From contig CAXUUL010000037.1 of the NCBI GenBank assembly GCA_964255285.1, forward strand, positions 1-50,305: a stretch of DNA of 50,305 bases, read 5' to 3'. Source of the stretch: Ionaspis alba (Eukaryota). Of the stretch, positions 1-12,839 are shown piece by piece. Made by a program: the position numbers and the translations under genes. Position 1 is the first letter of the stretch. Every line of letters starts with the position of its first letter. A model generated the notes under the pieces. That model was not told the DNA's origin. It saw only the letters and a list, made by a program, of their open reading frames with translations, and searched no databases.

Positions 1-137
1 TCCGTGGAGGGCATTGTGGGGTGGGAGATTGTCGTATTGGGGGTCGAGGTTTTGGGCCGTTTGGCAAGAGGCGAGGCGTTGGGTGTGGGCGCGGAGTGCT
101 GAGGTAATTGAGGTGGTGTTTGTGGGCGGGTGGTCAT
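1..137 (-). CDS. 5' fragment of a gene running off the window start; probably dUTPase (N-terminal extension only)
   Basis: ATG at 137 in good context (caacaATG) gives MTTRPQTPPQLPQHSAPTPNASPLAKRPKTSTPNTTISHPTMPST..., open to the window edge. The SPLAKRPKT NLS-like motif resembles filamentous-fungal dUTPase N-termini and the promoter has an MCB cluster. The catalytic domain is not in the window. Confidence 0.5.
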   Translation of the reverse strand, partial: MTTRPQTPPQLPQHSAPTPNASPLAKRPKTSTPNTTISHPTMPST

Positions 138-172
138 TGTTGAGGTGGAGGATCGGAGAGGGGGGCAAAGAG

Positions 173-204
173 ACGCGAAGGAAGAGGGACGCGATTTTAC
201 GCGT
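173..204. promoter_or_regulatory. Cluster of MluI cell-cycle box (MCB)-like elements
   Basis: ACGCGA 173-178, ACGCGA 189-194 and ACGCGT 199-204, just upstream of the minus-strand ATG at 137. Confidence 0.6.
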
Positions 205-1263
205 TAAAAGGGCGTGGTTATTTGGAGAAGCGAAGTAATTGTCCTTACAATCACTACTGACATGCCGAATAGTCTAGATTTTGGGCACGACTACATTCTA
301 TAAACGAGTCATAGTCTCTACAGTGTTACATTTTATGGTACATTTCAAAAAACAAGTTCCAGAAGAACCTGATTATCGCGGTGGCTTGCGAGACCAAGCT
401 GACTGTTACGACAGCCTGCTTCGTCTAAGTAGTAGAGATCATTAAAGACGAGCCCAGATGGAACCCTTTCTCAAAACTTAGCACCAATATCGGACGACTA
501 TTCTCTAATATGGTATAGTACTAGGGAGAAGATCGACAGGCCCTGCCACAAAGCTGAAACATGGCGAAGGATTGATCCCGCCGTCGTCGACCAATTACAT
601 TTTTATATTGATATTTAGTGCTCAAATTCGACAGCGTGACGAACGCCAACAAAATGAGAGTGGCCGCATTTTTTCTAAAGGTTGACATGAAAGGAAATGC
701 GAGCTAGGCTACGAATATTAGGAGGAATATGGCGGTCACCCTCCGCGACCCGTATAGCACAGCCAGATCCGAGATAGTAGACCAGTGAATTACAGATTAG
801 CCACAGAACAAACCCATGGAAAGTAGTAGAAATTCGGCCCTGAGAGTAGCATGTAGGAAAGCGTTCATCCGCCATGATCCTCACCAGCGAGCTGAGAAGA
901 TCCTCGAGCTGCCAGTGCTCGTTCTCATACAACCGAAGGACGCGTTCGAGGTTTTTGATTAACTACGTTACAACTGGCCGAGGTGTGTTAAAGAAGAAGC
1001 GGCTGCATTTGCATGTCGCTGTCGAAAGTTCCAATGATGGAGTGAATGAATTGGTGAGGAAAGAAGTCGTTGATAAAAGACGCGGGGGCAGAGGTTTGTT
1101 CGCTGAACAGAAACCAAATATATCAGCTGGGGGTGGACTTCGTTGGGTTCGAGAGGGCTTTTCACCTAAAGTTAGTACCTAAACTTAGCGGGCGTGCCCC
1201 CTAAAAAGCTTTCCGGGTCACGGTTTTTTCCTGCCCCTAGCTACTGCAGCTAAGACTGTACTG

Positions 1264-1295
1264 AACGGTGAACCGAGGGACCTCGGTGCACCGTT
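1264..1295. promoter_or_regulatory. Near-perfect palindrome with inverted CCGAGG/CCTCGG (FarA/FarB-type) sites
   Basis: aacggtgaaCCGAGG-ga-CCTCGGtgcaccgtt (14/15 arm match), ~90 nt upstream of a PTS1-bearing gene; a further CCGAGG at 978-983. Confidence 0.55.
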
Positions 1296-1383
1296 GCCTT
1301 CCCCGCGTCAAATTGAACGCCCAGCTTCGAGATCATTGTAAATACCTCTATCGTTCCCAATCCCACCATCAAATGCTGCAACA

Positions 1384-2678
1384 ATGGCGGGAGAAATCAG
1401 ACAGCCCATAGACCTCGAGTCTCTATCACGGTTCATAGAGAAACATGTCCCCGAAATAAAGCTTCCCCTAAGTATCAAGCAGGTAACCCCCTCACAGCTG
1501 CTGGTATATGAAGACAGCTTGCTAATCTCCTGAGAAGTTCGGTTTCGGACAGTCCAATCCCACTTATCAGCTCACTGCCTCCAACGACACCAAATATGTT
1601 ATGCGCAAAAAGCCGCCGGGCAAGTTGCTTTCAAGGACAGCACACCGAGTCGACCGCGAGTACCGCATCATTCATAATCTAGAGAAGACGGATGTGCCTG
1701 TGCCGAAGGCGTACGCGTTATGTGAGGATGAGAAGGTCATTGGGACGCCATTTTATCTCATGGAGTTCTTGGATGGAAGAATTTTCGAGGACGCCTCATT
1801 TCCTGGTGTGACGCCGAGGGAGAGAACAGCAATGTATGTCGACATCGTTCCAGTCCTTGAATGGGGACACAGCTGAGAGCTAGCAGGTGGCATGATGCTA
1901 TCCGAACCCTAGGAAAGCTACATAGAATAGATCCAGCATCTGTCAACCTGGCGAAATTCGGCGTATCGTCTGGGTTCTACAATCGACAAATCAAAACCCT
2001 CGGTACGATCGCCGAATCGCAAGCGCAAGCCGTCGACATCGAGTCGAAGGAGGTAGTGGGTAAGATACCACACTGGGACGACCTAGTTGCTTTCTTCCGT
2101 GATCCAAAGACCCAGCCAAGGGACCGAGCAACATTGATCCACGGCGACTACAAGATAGACAATCTGGTATATCACAAGACAGAACCAAGAGTCATAGGCA
2201 TACTCGAGTACGTGCCACTTGCCGTCGTCTGTTATTTACTAAGTGACCAGGAGCTGACACCATGGCCAGTTGGGAAATGTCAACAATTGGCCACCCCCTT
2301 TCCGACCTCTCCAACCTCCTAACGCCTTACACCTTCGCGATGACTCCATCTCCTGAAACCTCTCCGCTGCGCCACAGAACCAACCCCGCATTCTATCCTT
2401 CTACACAGACATCAGGCCTACCCTCTCGAGCCGAATGTATGGCCTGGTATGCAGAGACGGCTGGCTGGGATCCTAGAGCCGAGAGTGCTTGGGGAGATGC
2501 TTTTGGGACTTTCCGAAACAGCGTCATCATGCAAGGTATTGCTGCAAGATATGCCGTCAGGCAGGCAAGTAGTACAAAGGCAAAGGAACATGGGAGGGAG
2601 ATGGGGCCGTTTGGTGAGTTCGCATGGGGTTTGGTGAGGGCCTGTAATAATGGAGGAGTGCTTAGCTCGAAGTTGTGA
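1384..2678 (+). CDS. Aminoglycoside-phosphotransferase-like kinase (ACAD10/ACAD11 N-terminal kinase family), peroxisomal
   Basis: Exons ~1384-1482, 1538-1833, 1887-2207, 2270-2678. Motifs [36 protein letters not shown] and GHPLSDL; C-terminus ends SKL (PTS1). Confidence 0.9.
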
Positions 2679-3421
2679 GCATCTGGAGCCGAAACCTGCG
2701 ACTGGAGGTGATGTCGAGTATGTGCTTAGACTCTACTACCTAGCTCTCCTATAGCATAGATCTTAGCGCTAAAATGAACTTTCGGAAAGCTCGACCTCAT
2801 ATGTGCTTGGCTCGCTGCGCACGTGACGTTCCTTTTGTCGTTGAAGGATGGATTCTTGGCAATGACGACCCACTAGCGTATTTTTCTAGTATTTAGCCGT
2901 CTCAGGGGGATTAGCCTCTCCTAATCAACCGATTTCTACCATAGTGATTTCACCCTTCTTCATCGTGGTCGTTATCCTAAAAACGACACGGTAAACACTT
3001 TCGGTCTTTGGGGGGAGTGCTCGGCGATGATGGTGTACTGCAGTTGGGAGATCATAATCGTGAATGTGCATGTACTTTCCGTTTCTCCCCTACCCGTATC
3101 CTTCAGCCTATGGGTGATGTTACCGCCGTGCGCCATATGCATGCATGCACCCTGAAAACTCATCACACCGGAGGAGGCAATTGCGCAGCAGCTGGCGGTA
3201 ATGCCGCAATTTGTACGCTGTGTGACTCTGACAGAGCTTCCTTTGGATGGATATCTTTGCATATGGTCCAATCGTTTGGTATTTAGTAATAATCTTGATC
3301 GTTCATATACACTTGTCGTCTGCTTTGAAGAGATATATGCTCTTGTCCAGTCCCTTACCTCTCTTCTTAGGTTTTAATGTCTTTTGTGCGAGCCTCTCCT
3401 CATTATACTGTTTAGCCTATA

Positions 3422-6400
3422 ATGACGCTTGCTTTCAATGTCTCTAACCTGGGACCCTTGTCTCAAATTGGCTTTGACTACAAAGATGTTGGCACAGCAG
3501 TCTACCTTGCCACAGGTGCCTATGGCTGGTTCAAGTCTCGAGAGCGAACACTCTCTTTGGAACAAACCCTAGCTGCCAGTGGTGTGTCCCTTGCTATTGT
3601 ATCCACCTTCAATTCTTCTCGGTACACAAAGTATAGGCAAGACCATGGCTGCACTTGCGGCGTTGCTCGTACTTTGCAGAATACTATAACTCGAATCAAA
3701 TTACCAAAGGCTTCAACAGCGTTGGAGGGGCATGCTGGCATGATGTGCTTGAGAGCTTTGACGTTAGCCTTACTCTGTTTTGTTGATCAGAGCCAAATCC
3801 CTGCCATCCTAAAAGACATCCTACCACGCCGCCTATTTCATTACGATCAGGAAGGAGAGGAGTTTGTGATTGAAGGGCCCTCTCTAGCAGCACTTATTCG
3901 ATATGTGCAAGCAATCAACACCGAAGAGTCTATAGATGACCTACGGACGAAGTTGCTGAACCGGGTAGACAGCCAGATCCAAAGAGTCACCAACGCTACA
4001 ATGGATGATATTTTGATCTCGCAGCAGACCGAGATAGGGCATATCGTCGGCCTCGTTGACTGGCTGCTGACTCCCGCGGCAAAACGGGATATCAGCATCT
4101 ACCGGACTCGAAGTTTGAGGGTTTGGTGTCTGGCTCTAGTCTTATCTGAATTGGGATTTGAATTGGAGGCCGACCGTACAGCGGTCACGGAACCTTTGAG
4201 CTTATCTAAGCTAGAACGAGAATCAGAGTACTATAATCACGAGGCACGAGTTGTCTTAGTTCTGGCTTCTGGTTGGTCCACAGATCAAGCTCGCAAACTC
4301 TCGCACGCGATTCACGATAGATTCCATCAACGTGTCCACATCCCTCCTCGAATCATCACAGTACGGGCGTTTCCTGCTATTGCTTATGCGGACAATGTTA
4401 TGGATCAAAGCTTTCGTGGATTTCCTGCAGACGCCACGGACCTCGAGCGAGCCTTTGTTGGTACTTTCGTATTTGTTCGGCATAAGCTTTCTTGCGAGAG
4501 CTCTGTTCGCACAGCTGCTGGCCTGGAAAGCGCAAAGGACATCGACAAGTCATTGTACGGTGCTCTTCTAGAAGAACCTGGAGCAGCCCAAGAGAGGGAT
4601 GTTCTGCGGGCACTTAAAAGGTTCTTCAGACATTCCTGTCGGCTAAACGATCAGGACATACCCAGACTTCAGAGCTTTGTCGGACCACTACTGACACCAC
4701 TGATTTGCGAGTTTCTTGTGCCTTGGCATAATCGGCGTGGAGAGAGCACAGAGCTTTTCGAGGGCGACTCCCGGATTATGATGGACCACATTCTATTTTC
4801 GTCCATTATAGCAGTATTCTCCTTATTCATTAATACTGATACAGACATGACAGATAAATCGGGATTAGACATGGAATTTATATATACTGGACCAATTTGG
4901 CGGACAAGAGGCGGTGGGTCCATTTTAAACAAATGGTTTGCACAGACCATGTCATTTCTTATCTCATTGGAAGCCGACTATTCTTCTTCACAATTAAGAG
5001 ACTATAGGTGGAATATGCTGGTCCAAAAGGTAACTGCAAGCTCTTCCAACTCTGCTGTCCCTGCACGCAGCCTTCGACTTCCCAGGATCTGACCTGAGCC
5101 CTTAGGTGGTGCTAGGAACAGACTCAGATGACTTGATAGGTCACTGGGGTACGTCAAGATATGGACTCTCAGTGGTCAACGAATTTGTCCTTCGTCCAAC
5201 CACACAAAGCTCATCCGGCTATGTCTTCTACGTTTCGCGAGGCCAGCTACTGGACATACCACTGAAGAATGGCTGCTTAAAGTCGGGATGTTCTGTTTAC
5301 CACACTCTGCCACTATCCCAATGTCCAGCAATCTCAACTGAAAATGAGCTTCTAGGTGTCATACAGGGGATGCCAACTATTGATATATCTTCATTGCGCC
5401 TGGATCTCGAGCCATGCTGGGACGATGATCCGGAAACCTGCTGTTACATTCTTCGTGCAAGCGGTGTGCCTAGACTTCAGCTTTCAATACATTCACTATC
5501 CCGTGAAAGGAACGAGAATACCTTAGATGGAAGGGTCATCAGAGTCAAATGCTCCGGAGACCGGGCTTCCTGTCCTGGGCCTGCAAGTACAACTCAAATG
5601 ATACTGCATCATGAATCGTACGATCGATGTCGGTATCTTCCACTTGATAAGATGATAGCACAAGGATGTTGTAGAACTGAGGTTACAGACGTGTCGTCGA
5701 AGAAATCTGCTCGACAACAGCCCAACTGCTGGATTGTCCGGACCTACGATAGTGATATTATGCTAATGATTGCTTTGGCTTGTGAGGTAGCTCAGACGTA
5801 TTCCAACTACGAAGTCACAAGAATTGTTACAGATTGTCTTGGAACAGTCTTGATGGCACAAAGGACGAAACCAATACGCCCTTTGATGATAATTCTACAC
5901 CAAGAAAGGCACAAACGTTTTATGGAACCTCAAAGATTGGGTTACAACCAGCGTGATGACCTATTGATGACCGCGGCTACTATAATTTCTGAAGAGCACA
6001 ATCACAGGGAAGTCTATGGGGCCCCGTCAGCAGCTCAACACCAAGTCGAGATGGAGATCTGCAGACTCATGCAACCACTTGACCCCGACGACTCTGATGA
6101 GTACTGCCGCACGGTCATTCGACAGCTCTCATACTATCGACCCTGCAAAGGCGCTAACAAAGGCTGGCACTACTTTGTCCTACGATCTTTAGATATACCA
6201 AGTCTAATAGACACCAATGATGGTACCGAAGAGAACCGTAAACGTTTACGTGATAGTACAGACCTCTTGATCAGACAATGGCAGCGGAAGAACTTATCTA
6301 GGGTTGAGCTTGCTGAAATACGCAAAATCGTCCACGAGATAGATCAAGCAGTTAAGAAAATTCGGGAACCAGAAGCGCAAGTCTCGGACTTCGAGGACGA

Positions 6401-6497
6401 AATGGAACAATTAGGAGTGCTTCTTAGCGGTGATGGTTTCAACACGGTTGAGGAACTACGCCAAGCGATGGAGGCTCAACGTTTGACCAATGCTTGA
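3422..6497 (+). CDS. Uncharacterised ~999-aa fungal protein (two exons)
   Basis: ORFs 3422-5092 and 5106-6497 join in frame through a GT-AG intron 5030-5105 (GTAACT...CTGAC...CTTAG), giving 536+463 codons. No recognisable domain; the C-terminus looks coiled-coil. Confidence 0.75.
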
Positions 6498-7156
6498 ACT
6501 GGTGATGGAGATAGCGGGGGTAAGGGCCAAGATGAGAAGTCTTCGAAGCTAAGCTCGAGGCGTAATTTCTTCCTGTAATGGCATAGGTTATGAAATCTTG
6601 TGCAAGTAGTGGTTGCCATGTTGGGGGGATTGATATCCGGGTCGACATCCAGCACGTCAGAACGCGAAGGCGGTAACAGGAGGGCAGTGTGATGGTTTTG
6701 GGGAAGTTCCTGCAATAGATTTGGGGTGGACCACGTTGAAAAGGGTTGTATGTGAAACATAGGGGCTGTACTAAATGCAAGGTGATTGGAGTAGCTCCTA
6801 GAACTCTATAGAGAATTAGCGGCGTCATCTGACCGTACTGAAGTAATGCTATGTTGGAATGAAGTTAGGCATCATGAAAAAATTAGAGTGTTGTTGCTTT
6901 TTTGCTTCTTCAGGTAGATCAGGGTTAAAAAAGATTAATCTTGTGCCGAAAGGTGCGCAGCGGGGTAGGTATTTGGGTAGCTTACCTTCGTTAATCTATT
7001 GGTCTAAGATGGTTCCAGAGTTTTTCGAATCACAGGATGAAGAGATCGTCTGCACATGCTCGATTTTGCTCTATTGCTCGTGATTCACTTTGGAGTGCAA
7101 TACAAGTGCACATTCCAGGATTACAAATATGTTTGCCTAGATTTGTAACAAGTAAT

Positions 7157-8282
7157 CTATCCGAACAAGTCACCGAAACCTGTGAAGACATGTCAGTATG
7201 TGTAGCGGACGACTGGCCTTGACTTGGACTACTACTGACCTTCCTCGCCGCTCTCTGAGCCCGACTCTTCCTCCTTAGGCTTTTCCTCTTCCTTTTCAGC
7301 AGGCTTGTCCTCCGTAGCTGCTGCTGCCGGGGCCGATGAAGCATATGCGTCAGGGTTGGCGATTCTGTCCTTGAGCTCCTCAATTGCCGGCCAACTGTAG
7401 TCAGTTTCAATTGCAACAGATAGAATCTTCTTGTATCCATTGACAAGGCTGTGCACGATAGAGGGTAGCGTCGGGTAATTCGCAGCGAGAGAGATGGTGG
7501 CAATGGTCTTGATGGCGGAACTCAGTGCGTCGAACAGCTGCTTCTCCTCAATGTCCAACACATCTGGGCTGAAAGTCTGACCTTGATCGTAGACCTGAGC
7601 GATTCCCATACCGTACGTGAAGGGAGAGATATTCAGCATGTTGAGGAGGGTGGCCTCGGAAGCTCCCACTTTGGAACCGGCCTCGACGAGCTTCAAGTCT
7701 GTTGTGATTTCAATGGTTCCACGAGCAATCTTTGTCGGAACGCCCAAAGCCTGGAAGAACGAGGTTTTGCCAGGTTCCATTCCAGTGTTTCCTGCGGGTA
7801 CAAAGACATCGAGAGGAGCAACGGCACCGGCTCTAGCTGGTGCAGCGACCTTCTCGGCAAGGATGACATCGCGGGTCTTGTTGAGGTCCGCATTTGTGAA
7901 GATGAAACCAACGTTGCCTGAAGTTGTCAGATCTTGCTCCGTTGAGATCGGCAACAGCTGACAGGATACCTTTCACGTGAGGAAGAAGACGCTCATACTC
8001 GGGAAAGTCGGCAATAAATCCCTTGATGGCGCGACGAACCTGAGCGGCGTAAGAGATGTTTCCAATCCCAGCAGTAGCCAGTCCGAACGTTGATAATTGA
8101 TTACATACCATAGTATTCTTCCCCATCAGCACTACACCTTCTCCTCTTAGACTCTTCCTGATCTTGTGCATCTGCTGAGAGCTGACATTGTCGACCGTCA
8201 CAATGAATATCGACTTGTACTCTTCCAGCAAAGCCTTGAGCTTGTCGAAGTAGACCGCCTTATTCGCAGTCTTGCCCCCCAT
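7157..8282 (-). CDS. RPP0: 60S acidic ribosomal protein P0 (uL10)
   Basis: [52 protein letters not shown] and an Ala/Glu-rich tail; a terminal 23-nt exon (7157-7179) gives EEGFGDLFG*. Confidence 0.97.
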
Positions 8283-8594
8283 GGCTTCTTGATGAAGACA
8301 GGATATTTAAGGGTCAAGAAGTAGTTCAGTAGATGATTTTGCGGCGGAATGAAGCTGCTGTGTCGGTGGATGCTAGCTCTGATCGCCCACACGAAATTAG
8401 GAAAGTTGTGCGTCTAGCTCGCTTGATAGGGCTGGATGCCAAGATACGTCGGCTCCAAGAAACGGTTTCGCCAAGAAATGCTACATCATTTTCACTTCAT
8501 CGCTGTGTAAAGAGAAGAACCAAGTATTATTCTGTTCAAATCATCCAAAACTCTTGTAACGCGCAGATCTTGCTTTTCTGTCTTTCTTTGTGGA

Positions 8595-10359
8595 ATGCTA
8601 CCTCCCTACCAGTGTCTGCTTTTCTGCTCGAAGCATCACGACCGGCAGAACGGCATTGTACTTGGTGCATCTGCCTCATCGATTTATTCTTTCAGTGCTT
8701 CTAATGGCTCTTTCTTGTCCGAATGGTCTGCCGTGACACCAGAGCGGCCCAGAAAAGTATCTCAGTCTGAAGTCTCGTCAAAGGGTACAGGAGAAGGCAA
8801 TGATGGCGAACATCGACAGAAGCGTCGAAAGCTCTCTACTCCCGGAGATTATTCTGACAGTACATCGGCAGAAATAATTTTAGACAATGATGGTCTAGAA
8901 CGGCGGGAATCTGGGGCACTTAAAGACCCAAAGCTGTCCATCCTTAAGCTTGCTGGAACTTCCGACGGAGAGTATGTAATTGCGGTCACTGGAGAGGACA
9001 AATGTATTCGTGTCCTCAAATTGCTGGAAGAAGGGGAATTACAGACTCTCAGTGAGCGGTGAGAGCTGCAGGGTTTCACCTGTATCAAAATTTCACTGAT
9101 ATGGTAGCAGACACATGCCGAAAAGACCTTGTTCCGTAGCGTTAACCCCAGATCAATCTACCATTCTATGCGCCGACAAATTTGGAGACGTGTATGCATT
9201 ACCTCTTCTCGAGTCAAGAACATCTAGCCCAACCTCCGGACTTGGCGAATCTGATGCCTTAATTGATCCTAAAGCTGAGGCAAAGACGAAAGCTTTTATA
9301 CCATCTGCAAGCGCGCTCACTGTGCACACACAGCGAAACCAGAGGGCACTCAAGAATCAGCAGAATACTGTTAAAATGGTCGCAGAAAAGAAGTTCTTGG
9401 ACTTCGACTATCAGCTCCTCCTCGGTCATGTTTCCTTACTAACAGACTTGGTCTATGTTACGCTTAGGCCTGATCAGGGTGCAAGCACGAGTACTCGAAG
9501 CTATATCCTAACTTCAGATCGTGATGAGCACATCCGTATATCTCGAGGTCTCCCACAGGCCCATGTTATCGAGGGATATTGCTTAGAACATAATGAGTTT
9601 GTGAGCAAGCTATGCGTGCCCTTGTTCGACCCGGAGATGCTCATATCTGGAGGAGGAGACGACTATATCCTTGTATGGGACTGGGTAAACAGACGAGTCA
9701 AACAAAAAATCGATATTAAGCACATGGTAAGCGCGTGTGGAGCGGAGAGAGTTGCGAAGGCTACTTTCAATGACCTACCAGATGCGTGGTCTGACACAAG
9801 GTCAAATGAATCTCTGGGCAGCGTTCACCTTGCTGTTTCGGGAATCTGGGCAATGGAGACAGAATCCGTCTCTCTCCATGGTACAAAGGGGCAGATAATA
9901 GTAGCATGCGAGGGGTAAGTATTGGGCCACCGACACTAGCATTGAAACATGGACTGATTTTGTCCTAGTGTTCCAGCACTACTCGTGTACTCTGCAACCC
10001 CGAAGGGAGAGCTGATATATCACGACACTCTGACAACGGAAGGCAATGTGCTTGACCTCACTATTCTCCAGGATCGGTCTACGATTATATACTCTATGGA
10101 TAATGTCCATCTACCTGGGTCAAAAACAATGGTTTCGAGGCACAGCGTAAGCAGAAATGCAGTGGGCTCATTCATCTACTCCAGTGTGTCTCAAGCCTGG
10201 AGCCACCGGGGCAGTAAGTATGACATTGCTCCTACCATCAATGCGTGGTCTTCAAAGCATAGAAATAGTTCAGGGGGTACAGTGGGAGATGAGCATCAAC
10301 TGAGCAAATTACTTTATAGTATTGAGAACCTAAGGAAGAGGGGCCAAGACGACATATAG
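8595..10359 (+). CDS. TRM82: tRNA (guanine-N7)-methyltransferase non-catalytic WD40 subunit
   Basis: Exons 8595-9058, 9111-9914, 9969-10359. Motifs TGEDKCIRV, MPKRP, ADKFGDVY, LLGHVSLLTD, DRDEHIRISR and C-terminal IENLRKR. Confidence 0.92.
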
Positions 10360-10526
10360 CTTTTATTTTCTATATATTTCTCGTCCGTGCTATCAGATAC
10401 TCTAGGTTAGAATCATGATCAGTAGAACACACCACCGACTGGCTCGACCTAAGCGAGACGTAGATTTCAAGTTGATGACGCTTTGGTTCATGAATGTCAA
10501 CTGCACACCTATCAGGCAAGCCAGCC

Positions 10527-11867
10527 ATGACAGATAATACACCACCGACAACGAATGATCTTCTACTCAGAACAGCGAGGGGTGCGCCGCAGTCCCTTAG
10601 AAGTTTCAACAACAGACTTCATCCATAACCTTCGGCTCACTGGCTGAAACCGTGTGCAGGCGAGAAAGTGGACTATGGGAGACCGCCCATATGGGTGATG
10701 CGCCAAGGTAATCAGGGCGACAATGTCGATATGGCTTGCTAAGTGTCCTACTAGCTGGACGATACTTGCCCGAATACCATGAAGTCAAAGGTAGCCTCGA
10801 TTTCTTCGAGTGCTGTCGCAACCCCGAAGTCGCCTCTACCTTAACTCTGCAACCCGTCAAGCGCTATGAAGGTCTCATAGATGCCGCGATCATATTTTCC
10901 GATATTCTAGTTATTCCGCAAGCCATGGGTATGAAGGTTGAAATGGTGGACAAAAAAGGGCCTCACTTCCCAGATCCCCTCCGATCACCTGAGGATGAAC
11001 AGTACAAAAAACTCGTCAAGAAGAAGGTTGATGTCGTCAAGGAGCTTAACTATGTTTACAAGGCGATCGTAATGACAAAGGAGAAGCTACGACAGAGGGT
11101 CCCACTTTTTGGATTCTGTGGAGCACCCTGGACTCTACTCTGCTATATGGTTGAGGGCGGCGGGACCAAATTGTTCAAAGAAGTCAAGACATGGATATAC
11201 AAGTATCCAAAGCAGAGCAAGGCGTTACTACAGATCATTACAGATTTGTGTGTGGAATATCTTGCGCATCAGGTCAAGGCTGGCGCGGACATAGTTCAAG
11301 TTTTCGACTCTTGGGCAGGAGAGCTTTCCCCGGATTCATTCGATCAGTTCTCTCTTCCCTATCTGAGACAGATTGCGGAAAAGCTCCCGAAACGATTAGA
11401 AGAGCTCAAGCTAGATCGTGTACCAATGGTCGTCTTCGCCAAGGGTGCATGGTATGCATTGGACAAGCTGTGCGCCTTGAAATATGATGTCGTTGGTCTA
11501 GACTGGCTTCATGACCCGGCAGAGGCTACTCGGATAGCAAGAGGACGAGTCGTTCTACAGGGAAATGCCGACCCAGGAATTTTGTACGGTGATCGAAAGG
11601 CCATCAGGAGGGCTGTGAGACGTATGGTAAGGGGCTTCAGAGCAGAAGGACGACAGAAATGGATCTCGAATCTAGGGCATGGTATGCTCACCATCTCGTG
11701 TCTAGTGCATCAAGCTCTGACCCCATCTAGGCATTACCCCTTTCGTCAAGCCTGATGATCTCAAATACTACTTCGAGGAAATTCATCGCATTGGGGGATC
11801 GCAACAAGTTGAAGAGGATAGTGATGAAGACAGTGAGGATTGTGAGGAGAATATTACGACAGGATGA
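10527..11867 (+). CDS. HEM12: Uroporphyrinogen decarboxylase
   Basis: [10 protein letters not shown] / RPPIWVMRQ / [39 protein letters not shown] and NLGHGITP across 4 exons; acidic tail ends TGA at 11867. Confidence 0.96.
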
Positions 11868-11966
11868 AAGTGTTACTAATTCAAATCCTCCGACATCAAC
11901 AATAGACTTCGAAGGCACAAGCATTGGCGTTGGCTCGGGCATTGCAAAAGAAAAACCATACGTCTC

Positions 11967-12532
11967 TTACTCTCCGATGTCCTCATTCCTGTTTGTTGTC
12001 AGTAGCTAGTAGCGCTCCGTGCATCATCTCACACCATCTCGTACCATATATCTCGCTTCTCCCTAATGAACTTCTGCATCAACGCCTTACATTCTCCATC
12101 TTGTAGCACAACGACCTCGATCCCTTTTTGCTTCAAGTATGCTTCCCCGCCAACAAAATTCTCATTCTCGCCAATGACTACACGAGCAACCTTGTATAGC
12201 ACACAAGCTCCAGTGCACATTTCACACGGGGAAAGAGTTGTATACATGGTAGCTCCCCTGTATGAGGATGCTGGAAGTCGACCGGTGTTCTCAAGGGCCG
12301 AGATTTCGCCCTGAACCGTTCAAGGGCATTAGATACAAGAAACCGGGCTCCACCAGATCATTGAGCCTACGTGAAGAGTTGCGCTGCCATTTTGAACCCG
12401 CATGTTGTGTCCTCGACCTAGGATCTTGCCATCCCTGGAAACTAGACAAGCGCCGATAGGCACACCACCCTCTGCAGCCCCTCTCTCGGCCTCTTCCAGA
12501 GCTGCGCGAAAGCCTTGGTCCTTGCTCGTCAT
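11967..12532 (-). CDS. FCY1: Cytosine deaminase
   Basis: EGGVPIGA, GHNMRVQ, zinc motif H(G)E...SPCEMC and terminal WNEDIGE* across 3 exons. Confidence 0.95.
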
Positions 12533-12839
12533 TGCTGATTGACAGGTTGATTAACACCCGTGAGGTCACCAGCTGTCGAACTACGCAAATTCGACCTATC
12601 CTTGCGGCTCTGATAGGGCTTAGGAGGGGTTTCTAGTGAACCCAAGATTCGTCATTCCGGCCAGCATTAAAACCAAATTTAGCACATCCAGATCTTGGAA
12701 ACAAAGTTCACAATACATGTAATTATTTGTCCTTAGAATGTGTGAGTATTTCGGTGGCAACTTGAGATGGCATAATCTCAATAAGTCTCGTAATACTGCT
12801 GATTGCTCAATTCGATTCTACTCTATAGCAAGAAACCCA

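Noticed and set aside
675..1182. Short ORFs between the edge gene and the kinase
   Set aside because: No recognisable motifs and interrupted frames; may be a degenerate relic but cannot be supported.
2972..3447. Small ORFs upstream of the 999-aa gene
   Set aside because: Non-ATG or weak starts and no domain features.
7027..7086. Imperfect hairpin (gaatcac...gtgattc) in the RPP0 3' region; considered as a snoRNA
   Set aside because: No convincing C/D or H/ACA boxes, and the short stems are compatible with chance.
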